DNA of 64,000 nucleotides from an uncultured Verrucomicrobiae bacterium. GTDB lineage: Bacteria > Verrucomicrobiota > Verrucomicrobiia > Chthoniobacterales > UBA10450. The position numbers and the translations under genes are program-made. The first letter of the stretch is position 1, and each line of letters begins with the position of its first letter. The DNA is taken from the NCBI GenBank assembly GCA_963801815.1, contig CAWDGJ010000003.1:160001-224000 (forward strand), in the 5' to 3' direction. Positions 49,465 through 59,984 of the stretch are shown piece after piece. Below the pieces are notes generated by a model. The model saw nothing but the letters and a program-made list of their open reading frames with translations. It was not told the DNA's origin and made no database searches.

Positions 49465-51507
49465 ATGAAATCTAAAGCTCGTCCACTATTTGATTGGCAA
49501 ATCGTTCAACCGGCCATCGGCGACGCGTTCAAGAAATTGAATCCGCGCCTGATGGTGAAGAACCCGGTCATGTTCGTCACCATGGTCGGCGCCGCGCTGA
49601 CAACTGTCGGAATTTTCACTGCCGAACCTGGGCTCCGAAATTTCGTGCTTCAGCTCGCGATCTGGCTCTGGTTCACCGTGCTCTTCGCGAACTTCGCCGA
49701 AGCGATGGCCGAAGGCCGCGGCAAAGCGCAGGCCGCAAGTCTGCGTAAGGCGCGCAAGGAAACGATGGCGCGCGTGCTCCACAATGGCCGCGAACAGCAA
49801 GTCCCAGCGCCGATGTTGCAGAAGGGAGATACAGTTGTTTGCGAAGCGGGCGACATCATTCCGGCTGATGGCGACGTCATTGAAGGAATCGCGAGTGTCG
49901 ATGAAGCGGCCATCACGGGTGAATCCGCGCCGGTCATTCGCGAGAGCGGCGGCGATCGGAGCGCCGTTACGGGCGGCACACGTGTCTTGAGTGATCGCAT
50001 CGTCATTCGTGTGACGATGGAAAAAGGCGAGGGTTTTCTCGATCGGATGATCGCGCTGGTGGAAGGCGCTCGGCGTCAAAAAACGCCTAACGAAATCGCG
50101 CTCACGATTTTGCTCGCCGCTCTGACGTTCATCTTTCTGCTCGTTTGCGTTACGCTGCGGCCGTTTGGAATTTACTCGGGAACGCTTTTCTCGGTGCCGG
50201 TGTTGATCGCGCTGCTGGTTTGTTTGATCCCGACGACGATCGGCGGCTTGTTGAGCGCGATCGGAATTGCTGGAATGGACCGTGTGCTGCAACGAAACGT
50301 GCTCGCGATGAGCGGCCGCGCAGTCGAAGCGGCGGGTGATGTCGATGTCCTGCTGCTCGATAAAACGGGAACTATCACACTCGGCAATCGCATGGCGGTG
50401 GCGTTTCATCCCGCGCCGGGCGTCGCGCCTAACGACCTTGCCGCGTCCGCGCAGTTAAGTTCGCTTGCTGACGAGACGCCGGAAGGTCGCTCGATCGTCG
50501 TACTGGCGAAGGAAAAATTCGGATTGCGCGCGCGTGAGATGCATGAGCTCGAAGCGACATTTGTCCCATTCACCGCGCAAACTCGTATGAGCGGTGTCGA
50601 TCTTCACGCGAACGGCGCGCAACCGACCATGCGCGTACGCAAAGGCGCGGCCGAAGCGGTGCGCGCATTCGTCGAGTCCGCCGGTGGAATTTTTCCGCAG
50701 CCGGTGGCGAAGATTGTCGATGAAATTTCGCATCGTGGCGGAACTCCGCTCGTCGTCGCGTCGGACATGGTGACACTCGGGACAGTTGAGCTGAAAGACG
50801 TGGTCAAAGGCGGCATCAAGGATCGCTTCGCCCATTTGCGCAAAATGGGAATCAAGACCGTGATGATCACCGGCGACAATCCGCTCACCGCCGCTGCGAT
50901 CGCCGCAGAGGCTGGTGTGGACGATTTCATGGCCCAGGCCACCCCCGAAGAGAAACTTAAACGGATTCGTCAGGAACAAGCGGACGGTCATCTCGTCGCG
51001 ATGACCGGCGACGGAACGAATGACGCGCCCGCGCTCGCGCAGGCCGACGTCGGTGTTGCGATGAACACCGGAACGCAAGCCGCGCGCGAAGCCGGCAACA
51101 TGGTCGATCTCGACAGTAACCCGACCAAGTTGATCGACATCGTCGAGATCGGGAAACAGATGCTGATCACGCGCGGCAGTCTGACGACTTTCAGCATCGC
51201 CAACGATGTCGCCAAGTACTTCGCGATCATTCCCGCGATGTTAATGGCGACGTTCCCGGCGATCTCGCCGCTCAACATCATGCATCTGCAAAGCTCGACC
51301 AGCGCGATCTTGAGCGCCGTCATTTTCAATGCGCTCATCATCGTGGCGTTGATCCCGCTCGCCCTCCGCGGCGTCGCTTACAAACCGATGGGCGCATTGG
51401 CGATCTTGCAGCGCAATCTGCTCATCTATGGCTTTGGCGGGCTCATCGTGCCATTCATCGGGATCAAACTTGTCGATCTTATCATCACAACTCTCCACCT
51501 CATCTGA
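49465..51507 (+). CDS. kdpB: K+-transporting ATPase subunit B (P-type ATPase)
   Basis: [45 protein letters not shown]. Confidence 0.97.
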   Translation: MKSKARPLFDWQIVQPAIGDAFKKLNPRLMVKNPVMFVTMVGAALTTVGIFTAEPGLRNFVLQLAIWLWFTVLFANFAEAMAEGRGKAQAASLRKARKETMARVLHNGREQQVPAPMLQKGDTVVCEAGDIIPADGDVIEGIASVDEAAITGESAPVIRESGGDRSAVTGGTRVLSDRIVIRVTMEKGEGFLDRMIALVEGARRQKTPNEIALTILLAALTFIFLLVCVTLRPFGIYSGTLFSVPVLIALLVCLIPTTIGGLLSAIGIAGMDRVLQRNVLAMSGRAVEAAGDVDVLLLDKTGTITLGNRMAVAFHPAPGVAPNDLAASAQLSSLADETPEGRSIVVLAKEKFGLRAREMHELEATFVPFTAQTRMSGVDLHANGAQPTMRVRKGAAEAVRAFVESAGGIFPQPVAKIVDEISHRGGTPLVVASDMVTLGTVELKDVVKGGIKDRFAHLRKMGIKTVMITGDNPLTAAAIAAEAGVDDFMAQATPEEKLKRIRQEQADGHLVAMTGDGTNDAPALAQADVGVAMNTGTQAAREAGNMVDLDSNPTKLIDIVEIGKQMLITRGSLTTFSIANDVAKYFAIIPAMLMATFPAISPLNIMHLQSSTSAILSAVIFNALIIVALIPLALRGVAYKPMGALAILQRNLLIYGFGGLIVPFIGIKLVDLIITTLHLI

Positions 51508-51509
51508 AC

Positions 51510-52103
51510 ATGAAAGACTTTTTCTCTGAACTTCGTGCCGCGATTCTGTCCACGTTAGTGCTCGCCGTCGTCTGCTGCGGACTTTATCCACTCATTGTTT
51601 ATGGACTGGGACAGACGCTGTTTCACGACAAAGCCAACGGCAGCTTGATTGTCGATCAAGGTGGCACCGTGCGAGGCTCGAAGTTGCTCGCGCAAGGGTT
51701 CGCCGATCCAAAATATTTTCACCCGCGCCCATCGGCTGCCGGCAACGGCTATGACGCCGCGAACTCGAGTGGGAGTAACCTCGGACCGACTTCGCAAAAG
51801 TTGAATGACGCAATTAAGGATCGGATCGCTGCCTATCGATCGGAAAACGGACTAAACGAGAATCAGCCTGTTCCGGCGGACGCGGTAACAGCGTCGGGCA
51901 GTGGTCTCGATCCGCACATTAGTTTGCCAAATGCCGAACTGCAAACGGCGCGCGTCGCCAAGGCGCGCGCGCTGAGTGAAGACAAAGTCCGCGAATTAGT
52001 CCGCCACAATACCGACGGTCGCGATCTTGGATTTCTGGGCGAAGCAGGGGTGAATGTGCTTCAGCTGAATCTCGCGCTCGACGCCGGCGCAAAACAGCCA
52101 TGA
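51510..52103 (+). CDS. kdpC: K+-transporting ATPase subunit C
   Basis: ANGSLI, YFHPRPSA, SSGSNLGP, VTASGSGLDPHIS, VNVLQLNLALD. Confidence 0.96.
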   Translation: MKDFFSELRAAILSTLVLAVVCCGLYPLIVYGLGQTLFHDKANGSLIVDQGGTVRGSKLLAQGFADPKYFHPRPSAAGNGYDAANSSGSNLGPTSQKLNDAIKDRIAAYRSENGLNENQPVPADAVTASGSGLDPHISLPNAELQTARVAKARALSEDKVRELVRHNTDGRDLGFLGEAGVNVLQLNLALDAGAKQP

Positions 52104-52993
52104 CATCAATGATGAAAACGATCATCCGAACTATCTTTTGCTGCATGGCGATTATGACGTGTGTGCAAGGCGCTTTCGCTGATGGCGAAACTTCGCCCAC
52201 CGCAACGCCAGCGCCCGACAAATCGCAGTACACTTTATTTAATCCGACGCCGATCGAGTTGCGTCGCGCATATAATACGGATCGTCCAAGCAAAACCGAC
52301 AGTCCATTCACGATCGACGCCGGCGCTTTTCAAATTGAAAGCGATGTGGCGAACTGGACGGTGGACGTTGAGAACGCAACGCGCGTCCGGACGTGGATTA
52401 TCGGCAACACGAATTTCAAACTCGGCCTGACCAACTGGATGGATTTGCAGGTGTTTCCGCAGTTTTATGTGAACAGCCGAACCAGCGGCAATGCTGTCGG
52501 AACCCCGGTCGAGCAAGACGGGTTCGGTGATACAACCGTTCGTCTAAAAATTAATTTGCTCGGCAACGATGGCGGCAAACTGGTCGTCGGCCTTGTGTCG
52601 TCCGTAAAGATTCCAACGAACAGCGGCCATACTGGAAATCATGTCTGGGAGCCAGGTTTCGGTTTGCCGATCAATTACTCATTGCCTTGGGGTCTGACAT
52701 TGTTTGCCCAGACGAGGATCGACATTCTTGATCAACCCAGCAGCGGCAGCATGCGCGTCCAATGGCAAAATCCTGTGGGCCTTTCCCGCACGATCGTAGG
52801 GAATTTGAGCGGCTACATTGAATTCTATGATTCCGTAAGCACTGGCGCACATCAACCTTGGATCGGGACCCTCGATACCGGACTAATCTATCAGGTCACG
52901 CCTAATTTCTCGGTCGACGTGAATTCCTTCTTCGGTCTCAATCATAGCGCGCCGGACTGCAATGTATTTGTCGGCTTCGGCCACCGGTTCTAG
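52100..52993 (+). CDS. Putative outer-membrane beta-barrel transporter (MetA-pathway/phenol-degradation porin-like)
   Basis: Signal peptide, TDRPSKTDSPFT plug-like motif, GFGDTTVRLK, amphipathic strands, C-terminal Phe (VGFGHRF); overlaps the kdpC stop. Confidence 0.75.
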   Translation: MTSMMKTIIRTIFCCMAIMTCVQGAFADGETSPTATPAPDKSQYTLFNPTPIELRRAYNTDRPSKTDSPFTIDAGAFQIESDVANWTVDVENATRVRTWIIGNTNFKLGLTNWMDLQVFPQFYVNSRTSGNAVGTPVEQDGFGDTTVRLKINLLGNDGGKLVVGLVSSVKIPTNSGHTGNHVWEPGFGLPINYSLPWGLTLFAQTRIDILDQPSSGSMRVQWQNPVGLSRTIVGNLSGYIEFYDSVSTGAHQPWIGTLDTGLIYQVTPNFSVDVNSFFGLNHSAPDCNVFVGFGHRF

Positions 52994-53018
52994 CGATTGC
53001 GGACAAAGCCAAATTCCA

Positions 53019-53225
53019 ATGACATTTTTTTGGCGCGAGATTTTAGTTTTTGCCGCTGCGTTCCTCTCTGGCACCGTTTTCCTCGACGTGTTCTTACGAA
53101 TGTATCACCGCGGCACCGCGGGTGCGGTACGAGCAACCGAACGTCACATTTTGCGATGGTCGATCAAAGGAGGAATTGGAATCGGTATTCTGACTGTGAT
53201 TATACAATTTCTCTTTTCGAATTAG
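53019..53225 (+). CDS. Small two-TM hypothetical membrane protein (68 aa)
   Basis: MTFFWREILVFAAAFLSGTVFLDVFL...GGIGIGILTVIIQFLFSN; same strand, between the porin gene and kdpD. Confidence 0.45.
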   Translation: MTFFWREILVFAAAFLSGTVFLDVFLRMYHRGTAGAVRATERHILRWSIKGGIGIGILTVIIQFLFSN

Positions 53226-53401
53226 AACATTCCCGTTGCTTGTGGTCGTAATTGCTCTCAACAATCCGGGTTCGCTCATAGTGCTTCCCATTTTCGCAGC
53301 TTTCTCTTCGCCCTCTATCTTTGGTTAGTCGTGGGCTCTGTTTGATTGACAAGCCTTGCTTCCGAGATGCAGACATCGATGCGACAGCGTAGAATTGCCG
53401 A

Positions 53402-56026
53402 ATGACAGAGGCGGAACGCCCTGATCCTGACGCACTTCTCGCGCAATTGAAGCGCGAAGAAGCCGAGTCCGCTCGGGGCAAGCTCAAGATTTTTTTCGGG
53501 ATGTCGCCGGGCGTCGGGAAGACCTACGCCATGTTGCAAGCCGCACGGGAAAAGTTGGCGGAGGGTTGCGAAGTTGTTGTAGGGATTGTGGAGACGCACG
53601 GCCGTAAAGAAACCCAAGCGCTGACTGAAGGGATGCCGATTGTTCCGCGCGCGCAGATTGAATATCGCGGCACTAAACTGACAGAGATGGACCTCGATGC
53701 CATCCTCACGTGGCATCCGGGTCTGGCGATTGTCGACGAGCTCGCGCACACCAACGCGCCTGGATCACGTCATCCGAAGCGTTACCAGGACGTTCTCGAA
53801 TTGCTTGATGCCGGTATTGACGTCTACACAACGTTGAATGTGCAACACGTGGCCAGCCGCAGCGACACGGTCCGCCAAATCAGCGGTGTCACGGTAGGCG
53901 AAACGGTGCCTGATTCGGTGATAGATCTCGCGGACGAAATTGTTCTTGTCGATCTAACGCCGGAACAGCTCCGCACTCGTCTGGCCGAAGGAAAAGTTTA
54001 TCTCGGCGAGCGCGCGGAATGGGCGGCACGAAATTTTTTCCGCGAGAGCAATCTCACTGCACTGCGCGAAATGGCATTGCGCGTCGTTGCCGAACATGTC
54101 GACCGGGATCTGCGCGAGATCATGTCCGAGGAGAAAATCGTCGGTCCGTGGAAAAGCGGCGATCGACTTCTGGTTGCGGTCAGCGCCAGCCCCTATTCGG
54201 AAAGACTGATTCGTTACACGCGCAGACTTGCTTCGTCGATGGAGGCTTCGTGGATCGTCGCGAACATCGAGCGTCCGCAACCGCTTTCGCAGCAAGAGCA
54301 GGCGCGCCTGACTCGCTATCTCGCACTCGCCCGCCAGCTTGGCGCTGAAGTTCTCTCCACCCCCGGCGCGGACGTCGGCGAGGCATTATTACGCATCGCG
54401 CGGCAACACAACGTCACTCAAATCGTTATCGGCAAATCGCTCGGAACGGGTTGGGCATTTTGGAAGCGCGATCCTCTTCGCTGGTTGATGCGCAACAGCG
54501 GCAACATCGACATTCACATGATTCCGGCAGAGGACTCCGCCCAAGCGCGGCATGAACCGATCGAAGAACGTTTAGCGCGTGTGCCGTGGCGTGATTTTGG
54601 AATTGCGCTCGCGATCGCGGGCGTGGTCACCGGCGTCTCCCTGGCGATCTTGGATTACACTGGCTACTGGGCCATCGCGCTTTTTTATCTGTTGGCCGTC
54701 GTTCTTGCGGCGACGCGTTTGCGCCGGTGGCCGACGCTGTTTCTTGCCGCGCTTAGCGCTGTTCTCTGGGATTTCCTATTCATTCCGCCGCGCTTCACTT
54801 TTTACATTAGCCAATTTCAAGACTTCCTGATGTTTGGCGCCTATTTCGTGATCGCAGTGGTCGTGGCGCATCTGGCCACGAAATTAAGAGAGCGTGAGCA
54901 CGCCGAGCGACGCCGGGAGGAGCGCGCAATCGCACTGTATCGCTTCACTCGGCTGCTCGCTGCCAGCCGCGACCTCGATGAGGCGCTTCCGAAAATCCTG
55001 GCGCTCATCAGAGAGAGTTTCCAAGCCGACGTGGCGGTCTGGCTTCTTGACGAAAATGGGTTGTCGCGGCATTCCGCCAGCACTTTTGTTCCATCGAGCA
55101 AAGATGAAAGCGTCGCGGTTTGGGCGTTTCAAAAAAAACAGGCTGCTGGAAGATCGACCGACACGCTTCCTGATGCCGAATCGCTTCACGTTCCACTTGT
55201 GACTGGAGACAGCGCCGAGGGTGTGCTCAGCGTTCGGCTCGCGAATCCTTTGACTTTGGAACAACGCGAGTTGCTCGACGCGTTTGCTGCCCAACTCGCG
55301 CTTTTCGTAAACAAGGAGAGCGCTCTGGAGGAGAGGCGCGCAACCCAGGTGGCGCGGCAGTCCGAAAAATTGCAACACGCGCTGTTTGATTCAGTTTCCC
55401 ATGAATTGAAAACCCCGCTGGCCGCGATTTCTGCTGCGCTTGAACAACCGCAGCCCGATCGCGCAGAACTCAAACAAGCAGTCGGCCGGCTTACCCGCAC
55501 AGTTGATCATCTTCTTGATGCTACACGTTTGGAATCCGGATTGTTGCAACCTGCGCGCGAATGGTGTGATCCGGGAGAATTATTGCGCGAGGCAATCACG
55601 CAAACGCGACTGAAGGAGAAAGCGATCAAAGTCAACGTCGCCTCGAATCTGCCGCCGATTTCGGTGGATGCGTGCTTGATTGAGCAGGCGCTTATTTCTG
55701 TTCTGGCCAACGCTGCTTTGCATGGCGCCAGCAAGCAGCCAATCGAAATCAGTGTCGCGCGTGACAACTCGACAATTGTTTTTTCCGTTGCGGATCATGG
55801 TCCAGGGCTGGTTGCAGGTGAGGAGAACAAGGTTTTTGAAAAATTTTATCGCCGCCCCGGCACCGCACCGGGTGGCCTTGGCCTTGGACTCTGGATCGCG
55901 CGTCAACTCGTCGAAGCGCACGGTGGCGAGATCAGTGCGCAGAATCGCGACGGCGGTGGCGCGCGTTTCTCCATTCGTCTTCCGATTGGCGAAGCGATGC
56001 GATTGCCGGTCGAAGCAACTGCATGA
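53402..56026 (+). CDS. kdpD: Sensor histidine kinase KdpD
   Basis: RPDPDALL, GMSPGVGKTYAML, VDELAHTNAPGSRHPKRYQD, USP region, TM helices, SHELKTPL, GLGLGL. Confidence 0.96.
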   Translation: MTEAERPDPDALLAQLKREEAESARGKLKIFFGMSPGVGKTYAMLQAAREKLAEGCEVVVGIVETHGRKETQALTEGMPIVPRAQIEYRGTKLTEMDLDAILTWHPGLAIVDELAHTNAPGSRHPKRYQDVLELLDAGIDVYTTLNVQHVASRSDTVRQISGVTVGETVPDSVIDLADEIVLVDLTPEQLRTRLAEGKVYLGERAEWAARNFFRESNLTALREMALRVVAEHVDRDLREIMSEEKIVGPWKSGDRLLVAVSASPYSERLIRYTRRLASSMEASWIVANIERPQPLSQQEQARLTRYLALARQLGAEVLSTPGADVGEALLRIARQHNVTQIVIGKSLGTGWAFWKRDPLRWLMRNSGNIDIHMIPAEDSAQARHEPIEERLARVPWRDFGIALAIAGVVTGVSLAILDYTGYWAIALFYLLAVVLAATRLRRWPTLFLAALSAVLWDFLFIPPRFTFYISQFQDFLMFGAYFVIAVVVAHLATKLREREHAERRREERAIALYRFTRLLAASRDLDEALPKILALIRESFQADVAVWLLDENGLSRHSASTFVPSSKDESVAVWAFQKKQAAGRSTDTLPDAESLHVPLVTGDSAEGVLSVRLANPLTLEQRELLDAFAAQLALFVNKESALEERRATQVARQSEKLQHALFDSVSHELKTPLAAISAALEQPQPDRAELKQAVGRLTRTVDHLLDATRLESGLLQPAREWCDPGELLREAITQTRLKEKAIKVNVASNLPPISVDACLIEQALISVLANAALHGASKQPIEISVARDNSTIVFSVADHGPGLVAGEENKVFEKFYRRPGTAPGGLGLGLWIARQLVEAHGGEISAQNRDGGGARFSIRLPIGEAMRLPVEATA

Positions 56027-56721
56027 AACCGCTCGCGCTGATTATTGACGACGAGATTCAGATTCGACGCCTCCTGCGCGTCGCACTTGAGGCCGAGAAT
56101 TATCGAGTGCACGAAGCGGAAACGGGGGAACAAGGCCTGATTGAAATTGCCAACTTCAAGCCGGCTGTAGTTCTCCTCGATCTCGGACTGCCGGACATGG
56201 ATGGCCTCCAGGTGTTGAAACGGTTGCGCGAATGGAGCGAAGTACCAGTGCTAATTCTGTCTGTCCGTAACGAGGAACAGGGTAAAGTAGCCGCGCTCGA
56301 TGCCGGCGCGGACGATTACGTTACCAAGCCTTTCAGCTCGGCGGAACTGCTGGCTCGTTTGCGGGCCGCCCAACGCAAGACCCGCCCAACGGAAGAAATA
56401 TCCGTGTTTAAACACGGCGATCTAATTGTTGACCTTACTGCCCACGTGGTCACCCGAAGCGGCAAAGAAGTGAAACTCACCGCCACCGAATATGCGCTGT
56501 TGCGTCTGTTTGTGAAACATCCCGGCCGCGTTTTAACGCATCGCTACATCTTGCGCGAGATTTGGGGCCCAAAATCAGAAGAGCATCGACAATATCTTCG
56601 GGTTTACGTGACCCACCTGCGGCAAAAGATCGAATCGGATTCGGCCAAGCCGCGTTTAATCAGGACGGAATCCGGAATTGGTTATCGATTTCACCCGGGC
56701 GACTGGAACTCAGCCGAGTAA
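56023..56721 (+). CDS. kdpE: Response regulator KdpE
   Basis: IIDDE, LDLGLPDMDG, GADDYVTKPF, LTATEY, YLRVYVTHLRQKIE, TESGIGYRF. Confidence 0.95.
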   Translation: MKPLALIIDDEIQIRRLLRVALEAENYRVHEAETGEQGLIEIANFKPAVVLLDLGLPDMDGLQVLKRLREWSEVPVLILSVRNEEQGKVAALDAGADDYVTKPFSSAELLARLRAAQRKTRPTEEISVFKHGDLIVDLTAHVVTRSGKEVKLTATEYALLRLFVKHPGRVLTHRYILREIWGPKSEEHRQYLRVYVTHLRQKIESDSAKPRLIRTESGIGYRFHPGDWNSAE

Positions 56722-56752
56722 AAGCAAATTGACCCGGTTGGCTAGTCTTGGT

Positions 56753-57187
56753 TTAAGGATTGCTTGCTTGTGATAGTGACGCGCCGATCGCGCTCATTTG
56801 ATCGGTTAACTGTTGACCGATCGGGTCAAGATAGCGATCGAGTTGCTCGGGAACCGCCCCGTAGGCTTGGAGACCGCGACTGTTCAACTCTGTCAGCATC
56901 TCCCACAGCAATGATGCGTGCGTAACGATCGAATGGGCAGTTCGAACGGTTTTTTCTTCGAGATCGAGATCGTCGCGAACCTGCACAATCAACTTGCGAA
57001 TCGTTTCAATTTTGTTTCGCAGCTCCTGTTTTTGAGCGTCAGCGAGCGTATCTAATTCTCGAAACATTACGCCGGATTGAATCTTTCCATCGCACCAATC
57101 GCTCCACTCGCATAGCGCCTTGTCAACCAACTGCAGCGTAATTGAAATGCTGCGCCGGTGATTTTCGCTCAACTCAATCGTCGCCAT
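56753..57187 (-). CDS. Hypothetical alpha-helical protein, last gene of the crcB operon
   Basis: ATG 57187 (MATIELSENHRR...) overlaps the antiporter stop; contains LQAYGAV; family not recognised. Confidence 0.65.
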   Translation of the reverse strand: MATIELSENHRRSISITLQLVDKALCEWSDWCDGKIQSGVMFRELDTLADAQKQELRNKIETIRKLIVQVRDDLDLEEKTVRTAHSIVTHASLLWEMLTELNSRGLQAYGAVPEQLDRYLDPIGQQLTDQMSAIGASLSQASNP

Positions 57188-58391
57188 TCTGAATCTGTGC
57201 CTCGGCATCCTCCACCGAGAGGACACCAAGCGCGTAGGTGTAACGACGGCCCCAGGCGTGCATTGCGCTCATAGTCGGTTGAAAGAATTTCTGAGCAATC
57301 AGCGTCGGCACAAAGGCGCTCAAAATAACAACAGTCACCAGAATGGTGTACTGACGCTGATCGATGATGTGGTTTTGTAATCCGAAAAGCGCGGAGATGG
57401 TGCCGAAGGTCAGGCCTGTCGCCATCAGCAATGTCGTGTAGGAAGCCTCCCGCCGGTTCATGAAATGCATTCGCGCGAGCGGCCATACGCCGACAATCTT
57501 CGTGAACATCTTCAGCAGAAGCAGACCTCCGACGATGGCAAGCGCCGGCCAGAGAGCAGGCAATGAGATATAAAGTCCTGCCTTGATAAAGTAAAACGGC
57601 GTGAAGATGGCGAAGGCAATGCTGCGCATTCGACGAACAAGCGTTTTGTCACGGAGAAAGACTCCGGCTACGACCAGGCCGACGAGATAAGCTGGGAGAA
57701 CGGCTTCGCTCTTGGCTGTCGTGGCCAGTCCGCCGAGAAGAAATAAAATGAAGAAAATGAATTTTACCTCCGGTTCACTCACACGAGTCGCGCCCAATTT
57801 TTCGATGATCCCTCTGGTCCAGATCGGCATGAACCAAAGCACGACGCACATGATGACGACGAATACCAGCAGCCAAATGTTGAAGTTTGCGAAGAGGGTC
57901 CCCAACGCGAGCACCGTGCCGAAATCGGTGATAAAACACGCGGCGAGAATCATCTTGCCCATGGCAGTGTCGCTAAAGCCACCCTCGATCATCACCGCGT
58001 AAACGACAGCGACCGATGTGGTGGAAAGGGCGATGCCGGCGATTTGCGCCTGCTGCAGTGGCCAGCCGAGAACGAATTGAGCAAAAAACCAGACCACTCC
58101 GAACGGGATTGCGAACGAAAGCACGCCGATGAGCAAACTGGCGCGCAGGTTCGCTTTCAGCGAAATCGGATCGATTTCGGCGCCCGCAAGAAACGTCAGC
58201 ACGCCGCTGCCAAGCAACGCTAGAAAATTGATCCACTCGTTGCTCACCTGAAGATGCAGGAAATTGCCGGCGAGTAAACCGACCATGATCTCAATCAGCG
58301 CGACAGAGATGCCGGTCCAGATGGAAAACAGACTCGCGATTAGCGCAAGGCCCATCCAGATGGCGGCGACGAACCAGACATTTTCCAGCAT
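57174..58391 (-). CDS. Cation:proton antiporter (CPA2/Kef-like)
   Basis: LTFLAGAEID, ALSTTSVAVV, ILAACFITD, PFYFIKAG; about 12 TM segments. Confidence 0.88.
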   Translation of the reverse strand: MLENVWFVAAIWMGLALIASLFSIWTGISVALIEIMVGLLAGNFLHLQVSNEWINFLALLGSGVLTFLAGAEIDPISLKANLRASLLIGVLSFAIPFGVVWFFAQFVLGWPLQQAQIAGIALSTTSVAVVYAVMIEGGFSDTAMGKMILAACFITDFGTVLALGTLFANFNIWLLVFVVIMCVVLWFMPIWTRGIIEKLGATRVSEPEVKFIFFILFLLGGLATTAKSEAVLPAYLVGLVVAGVFLRDKTLVRRMRSIAFAIFTPFYFIKAGLYISLPALWPALAIVGGLLLLKMFTKIVGVWPLARMHFMNRREASYTTLLMATGLTFGTISALFGLQNHIIDQRQYTILVTVVILSAFVPTLIAQKFFQPTMSAMHAWGRRYTYALGVLSVEDAEAQIQNGDD

Positions 58392-58397
58392 GTTTGC

Positions 58398-58745
58398 TCA
58401 ATCTCCTTTCGGTTTTTCGTGTCGGTAATGGAGCACTTTGATTTTTTCCAGCGTTACCAGCCCGCCACCGATCATTTCCTCAAGATCAGGCAGAAACGCG
58501 TCGACGTTTTCTTCGCTGTCCACAATCTCGACCACGATTGGTAGGTCCATCGACAAGCGGAGAATCTTTGCAGTGTGAATGCGACTGGCCGCGCCGAAAC
58601 CCATCGGGCCGCGCAATACCGTCGCGCCGGCAAGATGGCGTTCCCGCGCTTTCATTACGATCGCCTCATAAAGCGGCTGATCTTTCCAGCGGTCGCTTTC
58701 GCCGATAAAGATTCTCAATAAGACCGCGTCTTTCGGAATTTGCAT
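58398..58745 (-). CDS. DUF190 (PII-like) protein
   Basis: LLRIFIGESD, LAGATVLRGPMGFG, LRLSMDLPIVVEIVD; typical crcB neighbour. Confidence 0.9.
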   Translation of the reverse strand: MQIPKDAVLLRIFIGESDRWKDQPLYEAIVMKARERHLAGATVLRGPMGFGAASRIHTAKILRLSMDLPIVVEIVDSEENVDAFLPDLEEMIGGGLVTLEKIKVLHYRHEKPKGD

Positions 58746-58754
58746 TGTTTCCTC

Positions 58755-59144
58755 CTACGATTTGTTCATGAGCGTCACCGCGAAATAGCCGAGCCAGACA
58801 GCGAAGAGACAAAGCGCGAATGATGCGAACGAATTCGCCGCGGCGCGAAACCATTCGCCTTCTTGGGCAAGCGATAGCGTTTGGAGACTGAACGACGAAA
58901 ACGTCGTGTAGCCACCACAAACTCCGATCATGAAAAATTGCCGGAAGGTTGGACTGACGAGCCAGCGCCCCTCTGGATCAGTCAAGGCTGCGAACAATCC
59001 GATAGCGAGGGAGCCGGTTACGTTTACGACCAGTGTGCCGTAGGGAAATGTTTGGCCAAAGCGTTGCGCAACCAATCCCGAAATCCAGAAACGCGCCCCA
59101 CTTCCGATTGCTCCACCTAAACTGACCCAAATATAATTGAGCAT
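58755..59144 (-). CDS. crcB: Fluoride efflux channel CrcB/Fluc
   Basis: GGAIGSGARF, FPYGTLVVNVTGS, GVCGGYTTFSSF. Confidence 0.96.
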   Translation of the reverse strand: MLNYIWVSLGGAIGSGARFWISGLVAQRFGQTFPYGTLVVNVTGSLAIGLFAALTDPEGRWLVSPTFRQFFMIGVCGGYTTFSSFSLQTLSLAQEGEWFRAAANSFASFALCLFAVWLGYFAVTLMNKS

Positions 59145-59185
59145 AAAAAAACTCCTGACCGTCGCCTTGCGGCTTCAGTAGGAGT
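59145..59185 (-). terminator. Riboswitch expression platform: terminator/RBS-sequestering hairpin
   Basis: On the minus strand ACTCCT...AGGAGT followed by a T run abutting the crcB ATG; the 3' arm contains the AGGAG SD. Confidence 0.75.
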
Positions 59186-59232
59186 CATTAGCTCAGGCGG
59201 TTCTCCCGTCGGGGAAGGCAAACTCCATTGCC
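59178..59232 (-). ncRNA. Fluoride riboswitch (crcB motif)
   Basis: Minus strand reads GGCAATGGAGTTTGCC...AACCGCC...GCTAATGACTCCTAC, matching the known consensus, directly upstream of crcB. Confidence 0.92.
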
Positions 59233-59281
59233 TTGGTAAATGGTAGCAGCGCCCTTCGCAGGTGCAACCGATTGGCGAATT

Positions 59282-59869
59282 TTACGAGCCGAATTTTCCG
59301 TAAACCGCGATCAAAGGGTAATAGCAGCGATATTTGCTATGATAATCGCTCACGAATCCGTCTTTGGTACGAAGCTCGACATGTCCATGATTCCGATCTC
59401 CGTAGACCAGAACCGCGCCGACCGGCGCAGCATACGGATCATGAATCGGCAATCGTTTGAATCCGTAACTGCGCATTAACTCATCGCCTGCATCGGCCGC
59501 GTAAGCCGTTTTGGGATACGAAGTGATCACACCAGCGGAGAACAAGGCGTGCTTCACATAATGCCAGCACTGGGCTTGCGAGTGAGCGTTCGCCCGTTCC
59601 TCGGCGAGCGTTGCGGCCTGCCTTAGCTTTGGATCAAGCCGGGGGTCGATTTTCGCAAACGGGTGGACAATCGGCTTGGTCCAATAATGCCGAATGATCT
59701 TCACTGAGGTGACGCGTCCCGACGCATCGCGATAAACAAACTTTTTCGTCGATTGTTCCAGTCCTTCCGCGTGAAGAATGGGGGCGCCGACAGTGACTCC
59801 GCCCCCAATGAGAATAACCAGGGCGAAAGAGCGTCGCACGGCGATGTTTAATCGCAGGGAATATGCCAT
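59282..59869 (-). CDS. Secreted Cys/His papain-like (NlpC/P60/CHAP-like) putative peptidoglycan hydrolase, paralog A
   Basis: Signal/TM; QCWHYVKHAL...AADAGDEL...APVGAVLVY...HGHVELRTKDGFVSD. Confidence 0.65.
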   Translation of the reverse strand: MAYSLRLNIAVRRSFALVILIGGGVTVGAPILHAEGLEQSTKKFVYRDASGRVTSVKIIRHYWTKPIVHPFAKIDPRLDPKLRQAATLAEERANAHSQAQCWHYVKHALFSAGVITSYPKTAYAADAGDELMRSYGFKRLPIHDPYAAPVGAVLVYGDRNHGHVELRTKDGFVSDYHSKYRCYYPLIAVYGKFGS

Positions 59870-59984
59870 TTCGCAAGACTGAAGTTCATTTTTCTCAGTG
59901 CGCCGTAAAAAAAAATAGAAAAAATTTGCGTCGAAGTGAAAACCAGTTTACAGGTCAGCCCCGATTCTTAATTAAAAAAACCGC

